From NCBI GenBank assembly GCA_963733035.1, contig CAVTBU010000005.1, forward strand, positions 2,240,001 to 2,304,000: DNA of 64,000 nucleotides, read 5' to 3'. Numbering within the stretch: the first letter of the stretch is position 1; each line of letters starts with the position of its first letter. Source of the DNA: Pirellulales bacterium. GTDB taxonomy: Bacteria > Planctomycetota > Planctomycetia > Pirellulales > PALSA-1355. The notes beneath the pieces were generated by a model, which saw nothing but the letters and a program-made list of their open reading frames with translations, did not search any database and was not told the origin of the DNA. The position numbers and the translations under genes were made by a program. This document shows, in pieces, positions 1 through 11,024 of this stretch.

Positions 1-568
1 CGTCACCCGTGTTGATCGTCACGGTCACGAAGTTCACTGCCGGCGCGTCGGTCCACAAGCCGGCATCGGAAATCAGATGCCGGGCAATCGCATCGTATGG
101 CTCGTTTGCCGCGAGTTGATCGGCCAGCCAAGAGACGAACCGCCGGCGGCGATAGAGCAAGAACGGCCCATCCTCGACACCAACATAGGCCCGTGCCAGC
201 CGTTCCGCCATGTAGTCCGCAGAACGGGGATCGGCCAGCAATTCAGCCAGCCACGTGTCGAGTCGCTCCTGCTCAGCCAGGCTCTCGAAATGTCGCACGT
301 CTTCGAGCGAAGGAATCGTGCCGGCCAGCGCGAGCGAAATGCGCCGCGCGACAAGTAGCTCGGGAGCCGCAGCGGCTGGCGCGATCTCGGCCCTGCGCCA
401 TTGATCTTCGAATGCCGCGTCGACCAAGGCAGCGGCGCGGCGCACCGAGTCCAGTGAAATCTCGACCGTCGGGCGGCGCTCGGACGTCAGCGACGGGGCG
501 ACACTGCTAACCAGTAGGCCCAGTCCGAGCAGGCAGACGCCAATGAACAATAGGTTCTTCACCCACAT
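1..568 (-). CDS. DUF1549 (PSD1-associated, planctomycete-type) domain protein, 5' part; runs off the left edge
   Basis: Not in the ORF track because there is no stop in the window. Manual translation from ATG 568: MWVKNLLFIGVCLLGLGLLV (signal/TM) ... LVARRISLALAGTIPSLEDVRHF ... LAELLADPR ... WLADQLAANEPYDAIARHLI, matching the DUF1549 RR.sLdL.G.iP and W....l..N.PyD pattern. Confidence 0.8.
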   Translation of the reverse strand, partial: MWVKNLLFIGVCLLGLGLLVSSVAPSLTSERRPTVEISLDSVRRAAALVDAAFEDQWRRAEIAPAAAAPELLVARRISLALAGTIPSLEDVRHFESLAEQERLDTWLAELLADPRSADYMAERLARAYVGVEDGPFLLYRRRRFVSWLADQLAANEPYDAIARHLISDAGLWTDAPAVNFVTVTINTGD

Positions 569-675
569 AGACGCACCCCGGAACCGGGTAAGAAAAGCGC
601 GGACGCATCATTGAATTATACCGCGGCCCCCGTTGGAATCTCGCGGTCTGGCGGGAGGAGTTCCACCGCAGTTGT

Positions 676-1458
676 TCAGTTGTTGCCGCTATTTTCACCG
701 TGCTCGTACGTATCGACGTTCGACACGTCGAGCTCGGTATTGGCCGCGGGGCCCGGCAGAACCCAGATTTCGCCGAAAAGCTGGCTCTGGTCGGTCCGTA
801 CCTGGTGATGTCGGACCAATTCGAGCACCGCCAGAAACATCCCGATCAATGCACTTTTGTGCAGACCGGGGCGGAACAGATCGCGGAACTTCAATCGGCC
901 CTCGTCGACGAGCCGCTGGTTGATTTGGGACATGTAGACGTGAATGGGGGTATCGTCATACACGATGTTGGATGGCTTGGCGGCCTGCGCCTCTCGCATG
1001 ATGCGACCGAATGCGCTGACCAGGTCCCACAGTTCCACCTCGTGCAGTTCTTCCTCGCTGAGATCGCGTTTCTGATCCGGTCGATCACTAGCCAACCGGC
1101 CGAAGCGTTGCTGCCAATCGCGCGACCGCTCTTCCAGCATGCTGGCCGCGTCCTTGAACTTCTTGTATTCGAGCAACCGCCGCACTAGCTCCTGCCGAGG
1201 ATCGGACAGTTCATCCTCCACCTCGCCGCCGCGGGGAAGCACCGAGCGCGACTTGATCTCAACCAACGTGCTGGCCATTTCCAAAAAATCACCCACCGCA
1301 TTCACGTCCAATTCCTTGAGTACCGCCAAATACTCAAGGAACTGATCCGTAATCGGTGCAATTGGTATTTCGACGATCTCCACCTCGTGCTTACGCACGA
1401 GATACAGCAGCAGGTCCAAGGGACCGCGAAACACGTCGAGTTCCACCCGAAAGTCCAT
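676..1458 (-). CDS. scpA: Segregation and condensation protein A (SMC kleisin)
   Basis: FRGPLDLLLYLVRKHEVEI N-terminus, FLEMASTLVEIKSR, C-terminal FLAVLELVR...QSQLFGEI winged helix. Start placed at MDFRVEL. Confidence 0.93.
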   Translation of the reverse strand: MDFRVELDVFRGPLDLLLYLVRKHEVEIVEIPIAPITDQFLEYLAVLKELDVNAVGDFLEMASTLVEIKSRSVLPRGGEVEDELSDPRQELVRRLLEYKKFKDAASMLEERSRDWQQRFGRLASDRPDQKRDLSEEELHEVELWDLVSAFGRIMREAQAAKPSNIVYDDTPIHVYMSQINQRLVDEGRLKFRDLFRPGLHKSALIGMFLAVLELVRHHQVRTDQSQLFGEIWVLPGPAANTELDVSNVDTYEHGENSGNN

Positions 1459-1989
1459 GGCAATCGCCGGCGGCCCCATCGGGCCCATTGAAGTAACGTG
1501 AAGCACCCGTTTTCGTTATACGCGTCCCGGGGAGCGGAGAACAATGACAGTTGTTTTAACGGCGTTTCCGCTCCCCACCCGGCGCGCTTCAAAAGACTTA
1601 ACTCCCCAGAGGGGCAGTATTGATTTTGTGAAGCGTCCAACGGTGGAATTCTGTTGCCTTTTATAGTGAGTATTGACTAGACTAATTATCATCTTTGAGC
1701 TTGCTTCTGGCTTTTCCTGACGTTCGTCGAATCCTTTCATCCTCGGCAATCTCCCGGCCCCGCGGCCGGTTTTCGTGTCGGACAGAGCAGGGCTTCCGCT
1801 GGATCCTCGCGTCGCTCGACAACCACGCGAACAAGCCCCAAGCGGAGTGGTGTTGCCTTCGGTCTCCTGCGTGCGACCCACGCATCATTGCGCGAGCCGC
1901 GCGCACGAGCCGCCCGTTGGGCCCGGCGCGAAGCCTAGCTACCGAGCCCACCAGCGGTGTTCTCTCCTGAGAGTGCTAGAGGTGGAAGC

Positions 1990-2667
1990 ATGCTCGAAAT
2001 CCGTCATCGAAAGACACGCGCGGTATTGGGCCGAATCGATGCCGAGTCACTGGCCGGCCGCAAAATCTCCGGTGCCCGGCTGCGTGGAGCTGACTTGGCC
2101 GGGGCTGATCTTTCCGGCTCCGACTTAACAAACACGGACCTGCGGGAAGCCGACCTGACCGGCGCGAACCTCTCGGATTGCACGCTCAACGGCGTTTACC
2201 TGGAGGGTGCCAATTTGGTGCACGCCAAACTCCGCCGCGCGAACCTCACCGACGCGCATTTGCACCAAGCTGATTTGCAGGAAGCCGACCTGCAAGGCGC
2301 GATTCTTCGCTACGCACAATTGCGCGATGCCGTGTTGATTGCCGCCGACCTCAGCGAGGCCGATCTCAGTATGGCCGACCTCCGCGCCGATCTGCGTAAG
2401 GCCAGGCTGATCCGCGCCGATGTGCGGGCGGCCGACCTGACCGGGGCCAACCTCTTTGGAGCAGATCTACAGGGAGCCAACCTGACCGGCGCCAAACTGT
2501 TGGGCACGCAGTTCACCGGTGCCAACGTCATGGGGATGATCGACGTGCACGGCAATCGGATCAACGTTCAGGCATCCCCACCACCCCCCCCAAACCGTAC
2601 TCGACGCCGCGTACCACGGCGGATCAAGGCCCCGCCGCCTTGGTGGAAGTTCTGGGCCCGGGCTTGA
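1990..2667 (+). CDS. Pentapeptide repeat protein with Pro/Arg-rich tail
   Basis: Long run of A(D/N)Lxx repeats; C-terminal PPPWWKFW; ATG 1990 after GAGGTGG. Confidence 0.9.
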   Translation: MLEIRHRKTRAVLGRIDAESLAGRKISGARLRGADLAGADLSGSDLTNTDLREADLTGANLSDCTLNGVYLEGANLVHAKLRRANLTDAHLHQADLQEADLQGAILRYAQLRDAVLIAADLSEADLSMADLRADLRKARLIRADVRAADLTGANLFGADLQGANLTGAKLLGTQFTGANVMGMIDVHGNRINVQASPPPPPNRTRRRVPRRIKAPPPWWKFWARA

Positions 2668-2846
2668 CGGGCGTGCAACCCCCGTTGGACCACAAGGCTT
2701 GGCTGCAAAACGGCGGACGACCGCGTCGTGAGCTATACTCGTGCGATGTAGCTCGATTGACCGCCGGCACCTATAATCCGGCTTTTCCGCTCCCCTGGCC
2801 GGCCTTTAGAGTGCCCGCCGCTTCCTCTCACCGCAGCCTTGCCCCC

Positions 2847-3551
2847 ATGTCGACGATTCTGGAGTGGATTCAATATCTCATGGGGCTCGCCAAGCCTGAG
2901 AATCTTCGCGAGCTGGTCAACCTGGCCGGGCCGTGGTGGGTCAGCTACCTCATCCTGTTTGCCATCATTTTCAGCGAAACAGGTTTGCTCGTCGGTTTCT
3001 TTTTGCCAGGCGATTCGCTGCTATTCGCCGCCGGTCTGCTATCAAGCCAACAAGTGTTTAATGTTGGCGTATTAGTCGTCTCGTTGTCGGTGGCAGCCGT
3101 TGTTGGCGACGCGGTCAACTACTACCTCGGCTTGCAAATGGGCCAGCGCGTGTTCGAAAAAGGCTACCTCCGCTTCGTCAAACATAGCCACTTGATGGCA
3201 GCGAAGGAGTTTTACGAACGCCACGGCGGCAAGGCGATCATCCTGGCGCGATTCGTGCCGCTCGTCCGCACGTTCACGCCCTTCGTGGCGGGAGTTGCAC
3301 GAATGAGCTACCTTCGCTTCGTCGTGTACAACATCATCGGCGGCATCGGTTGGGTCACCTCGATGACTCTCTGTGGGTATTTTCTCGGCCAAATCCCGTG
3401 GATTAGCCAGAATTTCGAAATCGTCGTGATCGGCATCGTGCTGATTAGCGTGCTGCCGATCGCCATCGGAATGTTCCGCCACTGGCGTGCGGGACATCAC
3501 GCCGTTACGGAAACCGCGCTTACCAGCGCGGGCGACGGCGCGGACCGCTAG
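2847..3551 (+). CDS. DedA/VTT family membrane protein
   Basis: IFSETGLLVGFFLPGDSLLF and ARFVPLVRTF motifs. Confidence 0.92.
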   Translation: MSTILEWIQYLMGLAKPENLRELVNLAGPWWVSYLILFAIIFSETGLLVGFFLPGDSLLFAAGLLSSQQVFNVGVLVVSLSVAAVVGDAVNYYLGLQMGQRVFEKGYLRFVKHSHLMAAKEFYERHGGKAIILARFVPLVRTFTPFVAGVARMSYLRFVVYNIIGGIGWVTSMTLCGYFLGQIPWISQNFEIVVIGIVLISVLPIAIGMFRHWRAGHHAVTETALTSAGDGADR

Positions 3552-3636
3552 GTTTTGTTGCTGGAAAGTCGCCTGCCCATCTTGTATCCTGCGGCATACT
3601 CCCACCTTGTTGTCCCGCCGCTGGAGTCCCCGCACG

Positions 3637-3954
3637 GTGAATCGCCCCGTCGAAGATACGCTCGTTCACCGCTCACGACGCGAAGCCGCCATGGCGCTTG
3701 GCATGTGGGTCGTGGCCATGATTTACACCCTCACATATTGCTACTTGAACGGCTACGACCGTGCGCCCGACAGTCTCTCATTTGTGCTGTGGTTTCCCGA
3801 TTGGGTGTTTTGGGGCATCGTCGCGCCCTGGGCAGCCTGTGTGGTCGTTTCCACTTGGTTCGCGTTTCGCGTAATGGGCGACGAACCGCTGGGTGAGGAA
3901 GTCGATTCGGAAGAACCTCCGGCAACGACCGAAGGCGAGGTGCATCATGCCTGA
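3637..3954 (+). CDS. Small membrane protein, DUF997/YhdT-like, partner of the downstream symporter
   Basis: REA..AL, two TM segments, FPDWVFW; overlaps the symporter start, as yhdT does with panF. Confidence 0.7.
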   Translation: MNRPVEDTLVHRSRREAAMALGMWVVAMIYTLTYCYLNGYDRAPDSLSFVLWFPDWVFWGIVAPWAACVVVSTWFAFRVMGDEPLGEEVDSEEPPATTEGEVHHA

Positions 3955-5581
3955 GCCAGAGGTCACTGTCTCGGCCGGATACGGCACGGTCTTTATGTTG
4001 CTGGCGATCATGGCCGTTTCGGTCTGGCTCGGCACGCAAGCCCAGAAGGCTGTCGAACGCGGCGGCTTTATGAAGGGGTATTTTCTTGGCAACCGCGGTT
4101 TGGGTGCCTGGGCCCTGGCGCTGACGGCCACGGTGCAAAGCGGCGGCACGTTCATGGGCTTTCCGGCGCTCGTCTATGCACACGGCTGGATCGTGGCTTT
4201 GTGGATCGCCAGCTACATGGTCGTGCCGATCACCGGATTCGCGGTCCTAGGCAAGCGCTTTGCGCAGCTTTCGCGCCGCACGGGCGCCATTACCGTGCCC
4301 GATTTGTTCGATGCCCGCTACGGCGACCAGCGAGTGGGCATCATGGCGTCGCTGGCGATCCTGGCATTTCTCACGTTCCTGATGATCGCGCAGTTCAAAG
4401 CCGGCGCGTTGGTCATGAAGCTCGCCTGGCCGTCAAGCATGTCGCTTTCACTGGCCGAGGAAGCGGCACAAAGCGGCTACGACAAGCTCTATCTGATTGG
4501 CCTCGGTGTGTTCGCGCTGACCGTCGTGGGCTACACGATGATCGGTGGCTTTCTGGCGTCGGTGTGGACCGACATGTTTCAAAGCGTGCTGATGCTCATC
4601 GGGGTGATGCTGTTGTTCGCGATCGTCGTCCCAGCCGCCAGTAGTCAGGGGATGGAGCAGCCGACGCTCGAAGCTGTCGCCGCGACGAGCAACGACTATG
4701 CGTTTGGCCCCGGCTATTCGCCGACCGGATTGACGTTTCTGCCGCTCGGAGCGGCTATTTCGTTCTTCTTCATTTGGCCGATCGGTGGCATGGGCACCCC
4801 GGCCGGCATGGTGCGCGTGATGGCCTGCAAGAACACCGACACCATGCGGCGCTCGATCGTCTTGTTGTCGTTCTATAACAGCTTGATCTATCTGCCGTTG
4901 ATCGTGATCTGCATCTGCGGCCGCGCGATCATGCCCGACGTGAAGGTGGCCGACGAAATCATTCCTCGGCTGGCAGTCTGGGCCGCGCCCGACTGGACCG
5001 GCGGTTCGCTGGTTAGCGGATTGATCCTGGCGGCCCCCTTCGGCGCCGTGATGGCCACCGTCAGCACCTTTTTAGTGGTCATTGCTTCGGGCGTCGTGCG
5101 CGACATCTATCAGCGGTTTCTCAGGCCACACGCCGGCGAAGCTGAAATCCGCCGCGTGACTCACGTGGTGATGGTGCTGCTGGGAGTGATCGGTGTGCTG
5201 GCCAATATCAATCCAGTGCAGTTTCTGCAAAAGCTCGTGGTGTTCAGCGCCACCGCTACCGGTGCCACGTTCGTGGCGCCTGCCCTGATGTTGGCCTTCT
5301 GGCGGCGTTCCACTGCTGCTGGCTCGCTGGCCGGCATGGTCCTGGGTGGGGGCAGCGTGCTTGTGCTGTTTCTTTGCGGACCGCTGGTTGCCGGCAGGAA
5401 TTTGTTCGATCCCTATCAACTGTTGGGGCTCGACCCGATCGTGTGGGGCCTGGCCGTCTCGTCGGTCGCAGGCGTCACGGTCAGCCTGCTGACGTCGCCG
5501 CCGCATGAGGAACATATCTCGCGACTATTCGACGCCCAAACATCCTCGGCCAACGCCACGGTCGCGGCCGCGCAAACTTGA
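3947..5581 (+). CDS. Sodium:solute symporter (PanF-like)
   Basis: YFLGNRGLG, SGGTFMGFP, GGFLASVWTD.FQ, AVMATVS; many TM helices. Confidence 0.88.
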   Translation: MPEPEVTVSAGYGTVFMLLAIMAVSVWLGTQAQKAVERGGFMKGYFLGNRGLGAWALALTATVQSGGTFMGFPALVYAHGWIVALWIASYMVVPITGFAVLGKRFAQLSRRTGAITVPDLFDARYGDQRVGIMASLAILAFLTFLMIAQFKAGALVMKLAWPSSMSLSLAEEAAQSGYDKLYLIGLGVFALTVVGYTMIGGFLASVWTDMFQSVLMLIGVMLLFAIVVPAASSQGMEQPTLEAVAATSNDYAFGPGYSPTGLTFLPLGAAISFFFIWPIGGMGTPAGMVRVMACKNTDTMRRSIVLLSFYNSLIYLPLIVICICGRAIMPDVKVADEIIPRLAVWAAPDWTGGSLVSGLILAAPFGAVMATVSTFLVVIASGVVRDIYQRFLRPHAGEAEIRRVTHVVMVLLGVIGVLANINPVQFLQKLVVFSATATGATFVAPALMLAFWRRSTAAGSLAGMVLGGGSVLVLFLCGPLVAGRNLFDPYQLLGLDPIVWGLAVSSVAGVTVSLLTSPPHEEHISRLFDAQTSSANATVAAAQT

Positions 5582-5609
5582 AACTCTAGCGAACCAGGAA
5601 TGTTTCGAC

Positions 5610-6959
5610 ATGAGCGACGGTCATACACCGCACCAACCCCTGGAAAGGAGCAGCATCACCCGCGGCGCCCAATTCATGGCCCTGGCGGCGGCATTTCTCG
5701 GCTGGATGTTCGACGGGCTGGAGATGGGCCTGTTTCCACTCGTGGCCAGGCCCGCCATGCTCGAACTGATGGGACCCGATGCGTCCGACAGTATCGGCAC
5801 ATGGATGGGCTGGATCACCGCCGGGTTTCTGGTCGGCGCGGCCTGCGGCGGCTTGCTCTTCGGTTGGCTCGGCGATCGCGTGGGGCGCGTCAGGGCCATG
5901 GTCTGGAGCGTCATGACCTATGCGATCTTTTCCGGGTTGTGCGGGTTTTCCGAGGCCCCCTGGCAATTGGCCGTCTTGCGGTTCTGCGCGGCCTTGGGTA
6001 TGGGAGGTGAGTGGTCGCTGGGCGTGGCGCTGGTCATGGAAATCTGGCCCGCGAAGTCGCGTCCCACGCTTGCCGGTTTAATCGGTGCGGCAGCCAACGT
6101 TGGCTTCCTGGCAATTGCCTTGGTTGGATTGGTGCTGGCGCAGTTTATCGAGGGCGCGGCCGACGGTCTGCGATCGGCCGGCATGTCCGACGAGTGGGTC
6201 ACCTGGCTAATCGGCGCCGATCAATCCGGCTGGCGACTGCTGATGTTCGTGGGCGCGATGCCCGCGCTGCTCACTTTCTTCGTGCGAATCTTCGTCCCTG
6301 AAAGCGAACGCTGGCAACATGCGGCTAAGACAAGCGCACCGGCCCGCATAGCCGACATTTTCCAAGCCGGCATTATTTCTCGAACGCTGCTTGGCACGGC
6401 GCTCGGCGGCATGGCGCTTATCGGCACTTGGGCTTCGCTTCAATGGGCTCAACCCTGGGCTGCCAAAATGGCGCTCGGAACGCCATACGAACAAACGGCG
6501 TCGTCTTATACCCAAATCAGTTCTGCGATCGGCGCGATTATCGGCACGATCATGGCCGCCCAGTTCGCCGAATGGTTTAGCCGGCGGAAGTCCTATTTCG
6601 CGCTCTGCGTCGGTTCGTTGCTCGTTTGCCAGTACCTCTACCGAGCACCAATGGAGTTTGACATCACGTTCGTGCTTTTGGTCGGCTTGGCAGGCTGCCT
6701 GACAGCGAGCTTCTACGGTTGGCTGCCGCTCTACCTGCCCGAGTTGTTTCCCACGCGCATCCGGGCGACGGGGCAGGGCTTTGCCTTCAACTTCGGTCGC
6801 GTGCTGGCCGCCATCGGCGCCTTGCAGACGGGCCGGCTGCTTAACTATTTCGGCGAAGACTACGCCAAAACCGGCGCCATTATGAGCTTAGTCTACCTGG
6901 TGGGCATGGTGCTGATTTGGTTTTGTCCTGAAACCAAGGGCAAGCCGCTTCCGGAGTAG
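5610..6959 (+). CDS. MFS transporter
   Basis: GWMFDGLE, GWLGDRVGR (motif A), GMGGEW, ELFPTRIRATGQG. Confidence 0.92.
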   Translation: MSDGHTPHQPLERSSITRGAQFMALAAAFLGWMFDGLEMGLFPLVARPAMLELMGPDASDSIGTWMGWITAGFLVGAACGGLLFGWLGDRVGRVRAMVWSVMTYAIFSGLCGFSEAPWQLAVLRFCAALGMGGEWSLGVALVMEIWPAKSRPTLAGLIGAAANVGFLAIALVGLVLAQFIEGAADGLRSAGMSDEWVTWLIGADQSGWRLLMFVGAMPALLTFFVRIFVPESERWQHAAKTSAPARIADIFQAGIISRTLLGTALGGMALIGTWASLQWAQPWAAKMALGTPYEQTASSYTQISSAIGAIIGTIMAAQFAEWFSRRKSYFALCVGSLLVCQYLYRAPMEFDITFVLLVGLAGCLTASFYGWLPLYLPELFPTRIRATGQGFAFNFGRVLAAIGALQTGRLLNYFGEDYAKTGAIMSLVYLVGMVLIWFCPETKGKPLPE

Positions 6960-7122
6960 CGCGGCACGTGCTGCGACCTGCCACCGCCATATCGCTATCG
7001 CCGCTAGCACCAGATCAAAACCGGCCTGACGACCGCACGGAGCCAACTTTCGCACTGGCGCATTTGCCAGAAAAGATTGCCGGGAAGTAGGTTACGAGCC
7101 GCGGCGCGCGCCGCAACTCGTA

Positions 7123-7151
7123 TTTACCCTCTGGCGGGGCCCCGCTAGAAT
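7123..7151 (+). promoter_or_regulatory. Putative sigma70 promoter of the MMPL gene
   Basis: TTTACC-N17-TAGAAT about 90 bp upstream of GTG 7244. Confidence 0.4.
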
Positions 7152-7243
7152 CCGGCCCTTTGCGGTTCGGTGACAGGAGGTCGCCGACGGCAATTTCAAC
7201 CAAGTTCGGCGACGCGATTGGTTTACTGAGGGAGGCAACTCTG

Positions 7244-9997
7244 GTGTCCAAGGAAGGACCCTCGAACGGCGAGTTGTTTTTGGCTCGGCCGTTCGTCTTG
7301 GGGACGCGGCTGATCCTCGCTTTTCCGGTCACCACGCTGGCAATCATGCTTGGCTTGGCCGGTGTCGCATGCTATCTCACGGCCACGCGACTCGGCTATC
7401 AGACCAACCGCATGGACCTGGTCGATCCCAAGAGCAACTACAATCAGCTCTGGACCGAATACATCGAGGAGTTCGGTGACGACGACGACGCGGTCATCGT
7501 CGTCGAGGGAGCCGGCCGCAAGCAGGTCGTGCCGGTGCTCGAAGAACTCTCGGCGATGCTGGGACGCGAGGACCGGCTGTTTCATGCCGTGCTTCACGAG
7601 GTCGATCTCGGCAAGATTCGCTCGAAGGGACTGCACTATCTGTCGGCCGACGAGCTCAGCGGCATCGATCGCTTTTTAGCGGAAACCGGGCCGATCCTCT
7701 CAGGGGACTGGTCCAGTCTGAACGTCAGCCATATGGCCGGCGGCCTGGTGCGACAAATGCAGTCGGCCGGCAACGATTCGGTGCGATTCGAGCAGGCGCG
7801 CGAAAAGGCCAATCGCCTGGCCGAAAGCCTTGGTGCGGCGTTGGGACAGCGTGGGCGCTACCAATCACCGTGGCCGGAAATGCCCTCCTCATTCGCGATT
7901 CTAAGCGAACTCAATTCCGAATACCTGCTTACCAAACAGGGGCAACTGGGGTTCGTGCTGCTTCGCCTGGCAAGTGGCGACGACGACTTCAGTCACTGCA
8001 CCGAAGCGACCGCGGCGCTGCGCGAACTGATCGCGCAATCGCAAGCCCGACATCCAGACGTCAAGATCGGCCTGACCGGCTTGCCGATCATGGAAAACGA
8101 CGAGATGGCTTCAAGCCAGACGTCAATGTTCTGGGCCAGCTTGGTCTCGATGGTTGCGGTGGGGCTGCTGTTCATCGCCGGCTTTGGCGGAGCGCGGCAC
8201 GCACTGCTGGCCAACGCCATCCTGCTGGTCGGCATGGCGCTGGCGTTTGGTTACACGACGCTTGCCGTCGGACACTTGAACATCCTGAGCGTCACCTTCA
8301 CGGTGACGCTGATCGGCATCGGAATCGACTACGGCATCTACTACGTCGCCTGCTACCTGCAGCGTCGCGGCGAAAACCAAGACTGCCAGACCGCGCTGCT
8401 GGAGTCCGCCCGCGTAGCTGGTCCCGCGATTACCACTGGTGCGGTCACCACCGCCATTGCGTTCTTCGCGGCCGGCTTGACGAGCTTCAAGGGCGTGGCC
8501 GAATTGGGCATTATCGCCGGCGGCGGCATCCTGCTCTGTGCCATCGCCGAACTGGTGTTGCTGCCCGCCTGCATCTGGCTGGTCGACCGCAGCGGCTGGG
8601 GTGTGCGCATGCCCAAGCCCCTGGGCGTGCATCGTTGGATTGCTCCCTTGCTCCGCTTTCCACGCTTTACGTTAGCGCTGAGCCTTGCCGGAACTGCCAT
8701 CGTCGCGCTGGGAATCGGCCACTTGTGGTACGACAACAATCTGCTCAACATGCAGGCCGAAGGGCTCGAAAGCGTCGAACTTGAACGCAAGCTGCTTTCC
8801 GAATGTAACCAAAGCGTGTGGTATGCGTTGTCGATCGCCGACAGCCGCGAAGAGTTGCTCGAACGCAAGGAAAAGTTCCTGCAGCTCGGTTCGGTTGAAC
8901 GGACCGAGGAGATCGTCTCGCTATTGCCGGTGGCGGACAAGGTCAAACAGCCGATCATCGACCAGATCGGCCATCGCCTGGCCACGCTGCCCGAGCGGCC
9001 AGCGCAGATCACGGTCGACACGCCCGAGGCGCTCGGACAAGTACTCGGCGAACTCCAAAAGGTTTTAGCCAATTCGCGGTACGACGAGCGGAGCGTGCGA
9101 CAACTCGAGGCCGTGCGCGACCTCCTTCGCCGGCTCCCCACCACTGACTGCTACGCCTTGCTCACCCGATTCCAACAGGAAATGGCCGGGGATCTGCTCA
9201 GTCGCCTGCACATCCTCAAGAGCATCGCCAATCCAGCCCCGCCCGCGCTCACCGACCTGCCTGCCAGCCTTGTCGACCGCTTTGTCGGTCAACACGGCAA
9301 GCACCTGCTCAAGATTTACGGTCGCGGCGACATCTGGGACACGATGGCCCTGCGGCGCTTCGTCAACGAAGTGCGCAGCGTCGATCCGCACGCCACGGGC
9401 AATCCGCTGCAAGCCCACGAAGCTTCGCTGGAAATGATGCGAAGCTACCAAGAGGCTGCGATCTACGCGCTGCTCGTCATCCTGGCCGTACTGGTACTCG
9501 ACTTCAAGAGCCTGCGCATGGCCGCGCTGGCAGCTGTGCCGCTCGGCATTGGCATCCTGCAAATGCTGGGGCTGCTCGGTTGGCTCAACATCCCGCTGAA
9601 CCCTGCCAACCTGATTGCGCTGCCGTTGATCCTCGGCATTGGCGTCGACTATGGCGTGCACATCCTGCACGAGTATCGCGAAACGCAGGGGCCCTATCGC
9701 ATGTCGGCGGGCACGGCAGTGGCTGTGCTGGTCGACGCGCTGACTACGCTGGTGGGCTTCGGATCGCTAATGATCGCCACGCACCAGGGCCTGCAAAGCC
9801 TGGGCCGCGTGCTTACGCTCGGGGTGACTTGTTGTCTGTTCACTTCGCTTGTCATGCTGCCGGCGGCGCTAACCTGGATGACGCGCAATCGTAAACATCC
9901 GCTGCCGGAGGATCCGCGCGTGCTCATCGAACCCCGCGCCGCCGTGGCTTTCGCCGAAGTGGAACTGGCGGAAGAGTCGCTCCGACGCGCGGCCTGA
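7244..9997 (+). CDS. MMPL/RND family transporter, HpnN-like (hopanoid transport)
   Basis: Two MMPL halves with IGIGIDYGIYY and LGIGVDYGVH motifs, GLTG/ATGNP linkers, large periplasmic loops; GGAGG RBS before GTG 7244. Confidence 0.8.
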   Translation: MSKEGPSNGELFLARPFVLGTRLILAFPVTTLAIMLGLAGVACYLTATRLGYQTNRMDLVDPKSNYNQLWTEYIEEFGDDDDAVIVVEGAGRKQVVPVLEELSAMLGREDRLFHAVLHEVDLGKIRSKGLHYLSADELSGIDRFLAETGPILSGDWSSLNVSHMAGGLVRQMQSAGNDSVRFEQAREKANRLAESLGAALGQRGRYQSPWPEMPSSFAILSELNSEYLLTKQGQLGFVLLRLASGDDDFSHCTEATAALRELIAQSQARHPDVKIGLTGLPIMENDEMASSQTSMFWASLVSMVAVGLLFIAGFGGARHALLANAILLVGMALAFGYTTLAVGHLNILSVTFTVTLIGIGIDYGIYYVACYLQRRGENQDCQTALLESARVAGPAITTGAVTTAIAFFAAGLTSFKGVAELGIIAGGGILLCAIAELVLLPACIWLVDRSGWGVRMPKPLGVHRWIAPLLRFPRFTLALSLAGTAIVALGIGHLWYDNNLLNMQAEGLESVELERKLLSECNQSVWYALSIADSREELLERKEKFLQLGSVERTEEIVSLLPVADKVKQPIIDQIGHRLATLPERPAQITVDTPEALGQVLGELQKVLANSRYDERSVRQLEAVRDLLRRLPTTDCYALLTRFQQEMAGDLLSRLHILKSIANPAPPALTDLPASLVDRFVGQHGKHLLKIYGRGDIWDTMALRRFVNEVRSVDPHATGNPLQAHEASLEMMRSYQEAAIYALLVILAVLVLDFKSLRMAALAAVPLGIGILQMLGLLGWLNIPLNPANLIALPLILGIGVDYGVHILHEYRETQGPYRMSAGTAVAVLVDALTTLVGFGSLMIATHQGLQSLGRVLTLGVTCCLFTSLVMLPAALTWMTRNRKHPLPEDPRVLIEPRAAVAFAEVELAEESLRRAA

Positions 9998-10078
9998 AAC
10001 ACCGCGTGAAGCAACTCGCCGGGTTCACTCGCGAGGATATGCAGTGCTGGGCTCTAGGTATGGGCATGGGGCTAGCCT

Positions 10079-10846
10079 TTACTGCTTCGCTTTTCGTGCC
10101 CGCTCGGCTGCTTTCCGCTCGCGATAGTCCGCCAGCACGCCGTCCGGATCGTCGTTGAACAGGTCGCGGCAGCCGCCGCAACAGACATAGTACGTCTTCC
10201 CCTGGAACTCGACGGCGATTGTTCCCAGTCCGCCAGTCACGACGCACTCTGGACCGCTGGCCGCCGTCTTGGCGAAACCGCTCCCTTTGCGTGTCGAACC
10301 AACTTCGGCCAGTCGCCCGAACGTCGCCTCGCCGAGCCGCTTTTCGTACAGCACGAGCATCCGATCGCCGCCCGCCACCAGTCGCACGGTGATCCGTGCC
10401 GGCTCGTCGCTGTTTGCCGCCTGTGAGACAGCGATCAGGACGCCATCGCGAAGCCTGCCCTCGAACCGCAACGTCGCATCCTCGGTGCCGTCCGCGATCG
10501 TACCCAGCACGACAAAAGTTTCCGGCGCGTCGCCCGGCTTAATCTGTAGCCGCGCGAAATACTTGTCGCGGTCGAGCGTCGCCACCAGTTCCGCGCGGCC
10601 GTCCGCAAAATGCCACGACCACTCAGTAAGCTCTGTCCAGGCCCCTTGATTGGACCCTCGCTTGGGCAGCCCCACGCCGCGCCACTGGCCGACGTAAGTC
10701 TGCAAAGGCGCGAGCGCCCCCTTGTCAGCCGCCAACTGAGGATTCTCGTCCGCCCGCACTTGCACGATCGGCGACAAAAAAATCAGCGATACCACGCCAG
10801 TTGCGACCGCGCCCCAAGCAATACCGCTAGCCACCCGCCGAATCAT
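10079..10846 (-). CDS. Exported protein with C-terminal YHS/TRASH domain
   Basis: Signal peptide ending VRA-D; C-terminal ECVVTGG...FQGKTYYVCCGGCRDLF. Confidence 0.7.
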   Translation of the reverse strand: MIRRVASGIAWGAVATGVVSLIFLSPIVQVRADENPQLAADKGALAPLQTYVGQWRGVGLPKRGSNQGAWTELTEWSWHFADGRAELVATLDRDKYFARLQIKPGDAPETFVVLGTIADGTEDATLRFEGRLRDGVLIAVSQAANSDEPARITVRLVAGGDRMLVLYEKRLGEATFGRLAEVGSTRKGSGFAKTAASGPECVVTGGLGTIAVEFQGKTYYVCCGGCRDLFNDDPDGVLADYRERKAAERARKAKQ

Positions 10847-11024
10847 GTGAACCTCCGGGAAATGCTCATCCTCATTTGAATATAACACCGCAACGCCGCG
10901 GTCCGATCGGCAATGTCTTGGAAACAGAACATCCCTGTCAAAACCTATCGCCCCTTTCCCCTTCTCGCCGACGCCTCTAAACTGACGAATTCTCCGCCAG
11001 CCGGTTGTTCCCTCCGAGCGCGCC

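Noticed and set aside
1529..1576. Inverted repeat GGGGAGCGGAGA / TTTCCGCTCCCC upstream of scpA as a riboswitch or ncRNA
   Set aside because: Single stem, no recognisable aptamer motif, no second copy.
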